DNA from: Octopus sinensis
Lineage: Eukaryota
Reading direction: 5' to 3'
DNA: 64,000 nt
NCBI RefSeq assembly: GCF_006345805.1
Contig: NC_043005.1
Location: 66,154,001 to 66,218,000 of the forward strand
The notes beneath the pieces were generated by a model. That model saw only the letters and a list, made by a program, of their open reading frames with translations, did not search any database and was not told where the DNA came from. Below are positions 54,011-64,000 of this stretch, one piece after another. Position 1 is the stretch's first letter; every line of letters starts with the position of its first letter. The position numbers and the translations under genes are program-made.

Positions 54011-54392
54011 GGAAGCACTCCGTCGGTTACGACGACGAGGGTTCCGGTTGATCCGAATCAACGGAACAGCCTGCACGTGAAATTAACGTGTAAGTGGCTG
54101 AGCACTCCACAGATACGTGTACCCTTAACGTAGTTCTCAGGGATATTCAGCGTGACACAGAGAGTGACAAGGCCGGCCCTTTGAAATACAGGTACAACAG
54201 AAACAGGAAGTAAGAGTGAGAGAAAGTTGTGGTGAAAGAGTACAGCAGGGATCACCACCATCTCCTGCCGGAGCCTCGTGGAGCTTGAAGTGTTTTCGCA
54301 CAATAAACACTCACTACGCCCGGTCTGGGAATCGAAACCGCGATCCTATGACCGCGAGTCCGCTGCCCTAACCACTGGGCCATTGCGCCTCC
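54011..54392 (-). mobile_element. Young tRNA-derived SINE (head H1 + tail T1) with 12-bp TSD, inserted in an older SINE
   Basis: TSD GTGAGATGAAGT at 53999-54010 and 54393-54404. The older H2-type head remnant continues to ~54500. Confidence 0.9.
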
Positions 54393-55424
54393 GTGAGATG
54401 AAGTATTTTGCTCAAGAATAAAACACACCACCTGGTCGAGGAATTGGAACTACGATCTCGCGACCAGGAGAGCAACACTCAAAACCATCAGGCCATACGC
54501 ATTCACCCTATACATACATACATACATACATACATAATACATACACACACACACACACACACAATACATACATACATACATACATACATACATACATACA
54601 CACATACATACATACATACATACATACATACATACAAATACATATTTATTGATATTTATATTTATACATTATTTCTTACAGTTCTATTCGAAGAGATTGT
54701 TTTATCAAAGTTATAAACTTATACAAAGTTACTATTGGGAAATCAGTTACCAATATAGAACAAACGAAATATATCTCAGAGGCAATTTTGTAATTTTCAA
54801 TATTTTCTATGATTTTGTTGATTCTTATTCAAATTAATTTTCCACATTTAAATTTATCTATATCAATTACAGTACGTTGTTTTTGTTTTACTTCGTAATT
54901 TTGTAATTTTGTCCATAATTATTATTCCTAAGATTTCTTCAAGATTTACTGTAAAAGTAAATTACTATTCTTTACAGTGTTTTAGTTTCCAACAGAAGAT
55001 GCTATCAATATTGAAATTATTCAAATTTGTTTTTTGTTAAATTTCCATAGCTGGCACCTTTTATTTATGTTGAGACATAAGGAAAATTCTTATAACAAGC
55101 ATTGCCATGACTTCAATCATTTCGAAATAGATAACTAAAAGACAAAAAAAAAAAACCCCAACAAAAATAACAAACAAACACAGACAAAACAAAAACAAAG
55201 CAAAACAAAACAAGAAAAATGAATTAAAACAAAATAGAATAAAATTATATAGCAGAGTTATAATTTTTTTTATTTACTATATCAAATATAAATTGTAAAT
55301 CACTCAGAATTTTGGAAAAAATCAAAGCGTCATCTTTCTGTCTATCATTTTATCTCTCCACTTGAATATATTCAAATATACACAGCGGTATCCAATGTGT
55401 GTATGCATTTATGCTGCTATGTAT

Positions 55425-55533
55425 GTGTGTCATTATTCAGTTTTATTTCATGATTTCTTGCCAATAGAGAAAGAAACGGTTTCTAACCTAGATCCAAGGT
55501 TCCTTCATTGGAATTTCAACAATATCAACAGGC
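55425..55533 (-). mobile_element. Extremely 5'-truncated 3' UTR of the R4/Dong variant-B element
   Basis: GTCATTATTCAGTTTTATTTCATGATTTCTTGCCAATAGAGAAAGAAACGGTTTCTAACCTAGATCCAAGG is homologous to 24946-25040. Confidence 0.85.
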
Positions 55534-56689
55534 CTTCCTCTTCCCCCTCTCGGTATATGTGTGTGAGCATCTTTTCTAATTAATATTACTCACGTAACGA
55601 GGGGGAAAATCATGAGTATTAATGATAATTCTTTTTAAGATGGACAAGGGAAACAACTTCAAATTGATTAAACATTGAACTGTGGGGCGGGGTGAAGAAA
55701 TATGCGGTGAAAAGGGAGTTTAATTTTTGCTGAAGCTGGTAAGTACAAGTAAAACTATTTCTCACTAAGAAGTTTTAGTAAGCCTGAAGTGTACGCAGGT
55801 TAGTCTAATGCATTTTTTTTTTACTTGAATTACTTTCTGACTCACCCTCATATCTGCAGGTGTCACCGTGCTAACCAAAATATCACTCTCTACTGTATAT
55901 CTCCATTCAGGTTTTAATAAGTTTAGATTTCGCATGTCGGTTTATGTATTTTTTTCTTCATTTCACTTGACTGGAGGATATTTAACTCGCTATATTGTAT
56001 TTGATTCACTATATTCACTTAATCATATTTTCTTAATATTGAACGCATCCCTGGGAAATTTTCCATCGCGTTACTTAAAATTAACAAGTCTATGAATATA
56101 TTTTTTCACTCAAAATTTTTATCCTATATTATTCCCAAGTCACAAATAAGACTATACTTTACTGGTGATATATACTCAGAGTTGTGGCCGTATAGAACAA
56201 CGATAACAATCATTTCCTAATGCATGCATATCCTTATTCATTTTTTAATCAATTTACATCCATTGCTTTTTTAAACAAAGAGTATTATTAACGCCAATGA
56301 TTTTTCTCTTCATAATACTAGTAATTGTACGACATTAATTTTTTCTCATTATATTCAGTATTGTTATTCCTCCACTTAATTATATGTTTTATGATCGTTT
56401 AATGTGCTCTAGTTCTAAGTGATGAAACTATATAGAAAGTTAATTGTTAGCAATAAGATGAATAAAGTAATTGCAAGTGAATAATTATAATTTTGTTATG
56501 ACTCAATAATTATTGTTCCATAACGATTAGTCAACAAATTAGCTGATTCGTCAGAGGTTTGGAAAGATCTCCCTGTGGTATTGGTTCTGGTTATCTGTGC
56601 TCTGAGAAAATAAATAAAAATTGTATGCAATGAAATGTCAGAAGTGACGGAATGTTGGAATAAATATATGTCATTATGTAATAATGAAG

Positions 56690-56860
56690 GTAATTTTTAT
56701 TCAAGCCCTTTGCTCCCTGCGGAGTATGAGCCACAGAGGACTTTTCTTCACTGTTCTCGATTCTGGGCTGCCTTTTCTGCTTCTTTCCAGTTGGATACTT
56801 GCATTTTCAGACCACCACTTCGTTCACTGAAGGCATTCCTTTCTCATCGTCTCCGGAATA
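56690..56860 (-). mobile_element. RTE-clade LINE extreme 3' fragment
   Basis: LKMQVSNWKEAEKAAQNREQ*RKVLCGSYSAGSKGLE* matches the RTE terminal W.E....AQ.R..WR..V.GL motif. Confidence 0.75.
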
Positions 56861-57852
56861 CTCAGCCATTTATACACTATTTTAACGAGCAGGTAGTTCA
56901 GTTAATCGAGAAGCTGAATGCTTATTCGTTGAAACCAGTGGAAATTCATTACTGCATTATCTTACATTATATTCGATGCACATGGTTATGTATTTCTCTT
57001 TTGAGACTGTAGGATCTAATTTAAAAAAAAAAAGATTTAGCAATTATCCCTAGTAGGTCTAGGGACTATGTATTCCTTGTATTTATAAAACATTAGCAAA
57101 CTTTCTTTTCTTTTCTACACATTTCATACCTGACGACCTAATAGAGCAGAGAGGGCAAGCGATTAACATAGTCACGTTCAAATTCATCAGAATTTGTTAA
57201 GAATGAATATATAGATCATTAAATCATCGTTTCGGTTCTCGCTTTTATACGCGCTCATAACTTATTACCGATTTAGCAGACATTTCTATGCATCGGCAAA
57301 TAATTCATTTACTGAATTCTATAAACAAGAAATTCGAGGGCGGGTAGCTTTGACTGAAGAGAGACATAAAGTGAAACACTGATGTCTCAAAGTGCCCACC
57401 CCGCAATGCAACGGAACCGAGTTGTTTGTCAACACACCTCGTCAGTAGGGGGAAGTTACTCTCCGAAGGTGAAATACAACAACGATTTGCATATTCATGT
57501 TCAAATCTGCTTGAACGTATTAAGAATGTATATGCACACCATCGAGAATGAAAATTAGTGGTCTGAATGTTTTTCTATCAGTCATATACACCTAACAAAC
57601 TACTAAGATTCTTTATTATTTCACTAAGGTATGGTCGGAAAAATTAAATGTGACAAGTTATTCTTGGATAGTGGTGGAATGGTGTGGAATGATGAAAAGT
57701 GATAGGAGACAGAAAGTTTTTGGTCTACTGACTCTGTAAATATTCTTCTAGTGTAATGAATGAGTTATTACAGTCAAGATATCTTTACAGATATTGGTCG
57801 TTCTGGCCAAAGAATAGACATCATTTGCCAAATTATCTAACGTTCAATGATT

Positions 57853-57855
<3 letters not shown>

Positions 57856-57885
<30 letters not shown>

Positions 57886-58303
57886 ACCGAACACGCACCC
57901 CACATACTCACGCGCACACACACTCACACAAACATACACCACATCCCCGCACATTCAGACATACACACACACAGTCATATATAAGCATATATGTACATAG
58001 ATGCATAAATATACATATACATATATGTTTAAATAACATTTACTAATATACATATGTATAGACACATGCATATACACATAGATACTTACATATACAGACA
58101 GACAGACAGATACGTAGTGCTTGTCTGTATATATATATATATATATAGTGTGTGTATATATATATATATATTGTGTGTATTATATATATATGTATATATA
58201 TATATTGTGTGTGTATATATTATATATATGCATATATATATATATTGTATATATATATATATATATAATATATATATATTATATATATATGTATATATAT
58301 ATG

Positions 58304-58356
<53 letters not shown>

Positions 58357-58517
58357 TATATATATATATATTGTGCATATATATATATATATACATATAT
58401 GTAATATATATATATATATATATTATGCATATATATATATATATATATAATATATATATTATATATGCATATATATATACACATATATATATATACACAT
58501 ATATAGGCATATACATG

Positions 58518-58549
<32 letters not shown>

Positions 58550-58560
58550 TATATTTATGT
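57856..58560. repeat. (CA)n and interrupted (TA)n microsatellite cluster
   Basis: Direct reading. Confidence 0.85.
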
Positions 58561-59763
58561 ATGTATAAACATATAGATTTATATATGTTTAAACAATCCG
58601 TATTATTGTTCTGTCCAGATTTCTGTCCGGTTGACAGCGCGCATAGTGAAATAAAACCGGGTACAGTGTCGCATTAATTAACAGTTATATTTGACCAAGC
58701 ACATTTCATATAATTCAACCAATTAAATCATTGCCTATTCTTTCTGCAACCACATTTCACTTCTCTGACACACACACACACACACACACACATCCGCAAA
58801 CATTTGCGCAAGTACAATTTAAAAACTCATGCGCAAAACTTCTCATAAATCACACTAACGTCTTAAAAAGAAAGGAAACGACACATTTGCCGTTAGTATC
58901 CCTGATATAGAATGTGAGAGTATAGCATGACTGCAGACCCTTTCATCAGAGGTCTACTCAATCAGAACCCTCCCTCCATCCTCATTAAGACCACCACAAC
59001 CATCACCACTGCAACTACCATTACAACCGATAAGATCCTGCCATCATCACCACCTCTACTAAAAGCATCATCAAGACCCCTATCGCCCCCAATAGGAACA
59101 TACACATTTTTACTCAAACATTAATCAATATACAAATATACATGCATACGTTAAGAAAACCCAGCATATACACAGAACATAACACCCCCACCAAATATAT
59201 ACCTCATAAGCTGTCTCTTCAAGCGTTCAGAATAATTTTTCCGTCGTCTTGGCTTAACAACCCTCATCGTTTGTTTTTACTGTGTTATTCTCTTTGTTTT
59301 GTCTTTTACTGTATTGTTTGGTTCTTACTGTCCTGTTCTTGTTACCACTTTTACCCTTCTACAAAGAATTACAAATTTTATTTAATTTGCTTTGCGGGAG
59401 GGACTGTTTCAACGAAGTCGCATTTTGTCCTTACCTTCGAAATGTGGAGTAGACGAAACAGGGACAACTGAAGAAGGGAAATATTCCTTGTGTTGTATGT
59501 CTTGTACTCTGTTTTTTTCGGTGTTTGAAAAAAAGTTCGTTTCCATGTTTTTGTTTTTATGTTTTCGTTTCTCATTGTGTTCAACGTTTTTTCGATGTCC
59601 TGTACCCATATGCATGTATATATGCATATAGATGTAGGTATGTACATATATGTATGTATATATGCATATATTTATATATTATATTTTTATATGATCGAAC
59701 GCCACGCATCTATAATAATAACACGAATTGTTTAAACATATATAAATGTATGTTCATACATAC

Positions 59764-59818
<55 letters not shown>

Positions 59819-60106
59819 TATGTATATGTGTGTGTGTGTGTGTCTATGTATATACTATTCGCCATGATATATATCAATAATATTAATACGCTAACTTTTT
59901 ATTTGTCTACGTACCTGTTGTGTGCGTCACACTTTCTTCTTTGAAGTGGAAAAGCGTGAGAGTGGAAGTAAGAGAGAAAGACTGAGGGAGTGTGAGTCTT
60001 TTCCATGAAATCCATCCTCCCCATCCTTGGATTTTCTAGGACGTTCTTTCTTCACCTTCGTGGACTATTCCAGGAAGTCTTTCATTGAAATCATTATTAT
60101 TATCAC

Positions 60107-60142
<36 letters not shown>

Positions 60143-60177
60143 AATACTAGCTAGACCATTGAAAATTTCACGGAAAA

Positions 60178-60306
60178 CATAAAAACCTCGAAAGTATGAA
60201 AGGCAATGTCGACCTCGGAGCAATTGGAACTCAGAACGAAAAGACGGACGAAATGCCGTTAAGCTGTTTGCCCGGCGTGCTGACGATTCTGTCAGTTCGC
60301 CACCTT
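60178..60306 (-). mobile_element. Partial Meta/MESC-type SINE (5' half)
   Basis: TGAAAGGCAATGTCGACCTCGGAGCAATTGGAACTCAGAACG..TTTGCCCGGCGTGCTGACGATTCTGTCAGTTCGCCACC. Confidence 0.8.
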
Positions 60307-60920
60307 GGCCTTGGTTTAAATAATAACGAGAACAACATACACATTTTTTATCACGCGTATGAATTATTATATTACACATACACAACGTCCACGCGCATAA
60401 ACGAAACCCTACATATTCATAGAACAACAAACATACACACATGCACACACACATATATATACATACACAAACCAGAGTCAGCATGGGAATCTCAATAACA
60501 GTCATGGGAAACTTGCGGCCGGCGGGAATTTCTGAATAGCACGTCTAACGAATTATTTCCAGGTTTTTCTTTTCAGTAATGCAGCTCGCTTGATGGTGAG
60601 CCATGTCTCATGCAGCCGACTTATTTATTTTCCCTCAAACACGGTCGCGCAATGCCAAACGTACAAACCAGTCGAATACGATGCCCACTTTACGGGGAAA
60701 CTTGTGATGCTAAAAATGTCAACCACATGAGAAAAACCCACATGTCTGAGAAAAATCTGAGAAAAACCCACATGTCACTGCTTAATACTCTATTTTTCAA
60801 AATAACGCAGTCTTTCTATGCGTATGTAACTGACGTCATTTCCGGTCGGAAAAACCGTATTCTCTACTCCGAAGTAAGACGACTTTTTGTCGACAACAGC
60901 ATCAAACATCAATAATGATC

Positions 60921-61132
60921 AGGGCGGTGAGCTGGCAGAATCGTTAGCACGCTAGGCTTAGCGGTTTTCCGCTCGCCTTTACGTTCTGAGTTCAAATTCC
61001 GCCGAAGTCGAGTTTGCCTTTCATCCTTTCAGGGTCGATAAAATGAGTGCTCATTGAGTGCCGGGATCGATATAATCGACTTACCACTCCACAAAAATTG
61101 CTGGTTTTGTGCCAAAATTTGAAACCAGTATT
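60921..61132 (+). mobile_element. Meta/MESC-type SINE (older tail subtype)
   Basis: GGGCGGTGAGCTGGCAGAATCGTTAGCACGC..GAGTTCAAATTCCGCCGAAGTCGAG..TTGTGCCAAAATTTGAAACC. Confidence 0.85.
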
Positions 61133-61446
61133 AATAATGTTCTCAATTCTGCTGTTACTATAATTATTAATTACATTTTTTCATATATACGGTCTACCAA
61201 TTCTATTGATCAATTTCGATTTCTTTCGCATAAATACATAATTTCGTCTCTTTAGGCAATCCGTTTCAGTTCTCCCACCATTTTTCTTTCATTTTCTAGG
61301 ATAGACCCTTCTAAATATTTTTACTTCTCTATTTCAAATGCCATTCCTTTTCAGCTATGCAATAGTACCAGTCAATCTTTTCTATTGTAATTCAATGGTA
61401 TCAATCAAGTTGGACGATTGCAATTCGCAGTTTGATTTCTGTGTTA

Positions 61447-61523
<77 letters not shown>
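61447..61523. repeat. (TATC)n microsatellite
   Basis: Direct reading. Confidence 0.95.
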
Positions 61524-61524
<1 letters not shown>

Positions 61525-61902
61525 CCGAGGTTCAACAAGTATAAAAGAGTTTGAGTGTTCGATTTGCTAACAATAACAGCCAACTCCCAGAAAAATCACA
61601 CAGTCACACTGCTGTCTTAAAAAGTTTGTATTGGACATATTGAGAGGATTACCACGACTGGAACGCCTTTCATCATAATTTTGCTCGATCACGTCTGATC
61701 TGTGACTAGACAACAGAAAGCAAGTTTATTTCGAACCAACAAGAGGAGGTCTTTGTCACTGGGCCTGCAAGAAATAACAACCTTTTTTCCCTTAAATAAA
61801 ACCGTACAACCAAAGATATGAAACGATGCATGGGAGTGTATATCACTTTACTGAAATAATAAAAAAACTCATATTTTCGCCTGCCTGTTTATTCAAACTC
61901 CT

Positions 61903-62040
61903 TTCTACTATAGGCACAAGGCCTGATATTTTGGGGGAGGTAACTCGTCGATTACATTGACCTCAGTGCTAAATTGGTACTTATTTTATCGACCCTGAAA
62001 GGATGGAAGTCAAAGTCGACCTCAGCAGAATTTGAACTCA
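61903..62040 (-). mobile_element. Partial Meta/MESC-type SINE (3' half)
   Basis: TAGGCACAAGGCCTGATATTTTGGGGGAGG..TATTTTATCGACCCTGAAAGGATGGAAGTCAAAGTCGACCTCAGCAGAATTTGAACTCA. Confidence 0.8.
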
Positions 62041-63061
62041 GCCTCCACAAGAAATATGAAAAAAGTGGAACCAATGGAGGAAAGCCTTTCTGTAGTTGCT
62101 CGACCTTTTAGAAATAGCAACCATATTTACTTCAAATCACATTTTATCATGTTAGATTAGGAAGGAAAATATTAGAAAATGTAGAGCTGTATATGTATAC
62201 GAAAAGATGTAGAGCTATATATGTATGCGAAAAGATGTGATATTAAAATAGTTAAATAACATTTGTCACACTCCCAAAATAGTCAATATGCTTATTTACA
62301 AAAAGCAAAACAGTAACTCGACCTATTATGGACAGTAAACAAATTTCTCTCAAATTATACATTACCATCTTATATTAGGATGTAATTTTCCTGCTCTTAT
62401 TTTATGATATAATATATAATCGGTCTTATTAAATGTCTGAATACCTTTAATGTTTTAGGCATTTCCCTACCAAGAGCACTTATTAGAAATTCAGTATATA
62501 GTATTCTCATTAAATATATTTGATTAACGATATATATTGAGTTCTTTCTATAAAAAGAGCACTTAATACTGTATTCATTAAGAATGGAAAAACAATATCT
62601 AGCAATATCACTTAAGGATATACCTATCCCCTCTAAAGACACCTATTTATTATCTGTGCTCCAGAAAACCAATGACTTAAACGATCGTAAGATTTCATGA
62701 TGTAATTTTTCTGCTCTTATTTTATAATATATATGTCTTGCAAACAACTTGCACATGCAAGTGCTACCAGTTAAAAGCTCCGTATATCGGAAGCTAGCAA
62801 GTGTATGGGGTCATCAGGAGAGAATGCGCGCCGTTTCGGGGCCTACCTCTCGACGGCATCAATGCACACCGACCCCCCCTCACTGATATGAGGCCCCGCT
62901 TGCTAGATCAGCTGGTTATGAAGAACTCAATATACTTCTAGTTATCGCTCATCGTCTCTTTTTAACCAAATCCAGTGGCTAGCCTTCTCCACTGTAGATT
63001 GAATATCAGTCATGGTGGTATTGACTTTACGATGAGTTAGGCCTAGCGATAACAACAGTCG

Positions 63062-63153
<92 letters not shown>

Positions 63154-63420
63154 CATTATATATACACATATGTACATATTCAGAAAAGACGAGCAGGCGA
63201 TAGTTTGTTATGTGGTATTTATGAAAGTGCCGAGTGAAACTATCGGCCCTCGAGTCATTTTTGCATTTCTGCCGATTAAAAATATGTAAAAAAATGTATA
63301 TATTCTCATATACTGAGTTCTACTTTTCCGGGTGATATTTCTGCTCGTTTTAGCAATAATATCATTAAAAGTCTCTGTAATATCTCGTTTTAGTGATACT
63401 AATGAAAGCGTTGTTATTCT

Positions 63421-63850
63421 TTTCTTCTCTAGGCACAAGGGCCGAAATTTTGGGGGAGGGGGCCAGTAAATTATATCGACCTCAGTACCGAACTGGTGTT
63501 TAATTTATCGACCCCGAAAGGATGAAAGGCAAAGTCGACCTCGGCGGAATTAAACTCAGAATATAAAGACAGACAAAATACCGCTAAGCATTTCGCCCGG
63601 CGTGCTTAACGTTTCTTATTTCTATATTGCCCACAAGGGGCTAAACATAGAGGGGACAAAGAAGGACAGACAAACGGATTAAGTCGATTATATCGACCCC
63701 AGTGCGTAATTGGTACTTATTTAATCGACCCCGAAAGGATGAAAGGTAAAGTCAACCTCGGCGGAATTTGAACTCGGAACATAACGGCAGACGAAATACG
63801 GCTACGCATTTCGCCCGGCGTGCTTAATGTTTCTGCCAGCTCGCCGCCTT
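63421..63850 (-). mobile_element. Meta/MESC-type SINE dimer (young copy 63616-63850 + head-truncated older copy 63421-63615)
   Basis: Two tandem cores. The junction on the minus strand is TATAGAAATA|AGAAACGTTAAGCACGCCGGGCG. Confidence 0.88.
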
Positions 63851-64000
63851 TGAAAGTGTTGTTACTGTCGTTGTTAATTGCACCAGATTAGTGCTGATCG
63901 AGTCAGACCTATACTGAAACGTATTTCTTCCATGACCATCCGACTGAGCTTATTTTGTGAAATATATTATTGTACTTTGTATAAAACTATCCAGCTTATA

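Noticed and set aside
55680-55860. GC box plus GTAAGT donor as a first exon
   Set aside because: Short motifs only, with no CpG island or downstream exon support.
56635-57012. 125-aa plus-strand ORF
   Set aside because: Its core is the antisense of an RTE 3' fragment.
57352-57390. CTGAAGAG..GAAAC hammerhead-like word
   Set aside because: Stem II cannot form; the local hairpin GAGACAT/ATGTCTC is incompatible with the fold.

Overview
This is AT-rich animal genomic DNA, almost certainly from an octopus (inferred from recognisable octopod SINE and LINE families and the extreme (TA)n/(CATA)n/(CA)n/(TCTA)n microsatellite load). No host protein-coding exon, tRNA or rRNA could be supported, so the window looks intronic or intergenic. 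Most ORFs in the supplied track are microsatellite read-throughs; the few with real protein signal are decayed transposon fragments. Elements present: (1) a 5'-truncated Penelope-like element (Neptune-type linker plus GIY-YIG endonuclease) between inverted pseudo-LTRs, each with a hammerhead-ribozyme-like motif, plus a separate solo hammerhead-bearing repeat; (2) a CR1/L2-group LINE whose ORF2 contains a 17 x 45-bp minisatellite and whose 3' tail matches a SINE family in the same window; (3) R4/Dong-type RLE LINE fragments anchored in (CATA)n and (TAA)n; (4) RTE, Gypsy, Tc1, mariner, Tigger and hAT remnants, MITEs and a Helentron-like element; (5) more than 20 tRNA-derived SINE copies with shuffled head and tail modules, several with clear TSDs; (6) a near-perfect 1,042-bp tandem duplication and several minisatellites. 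All family assignments come from reading motifs by eye and were not checked against a database.
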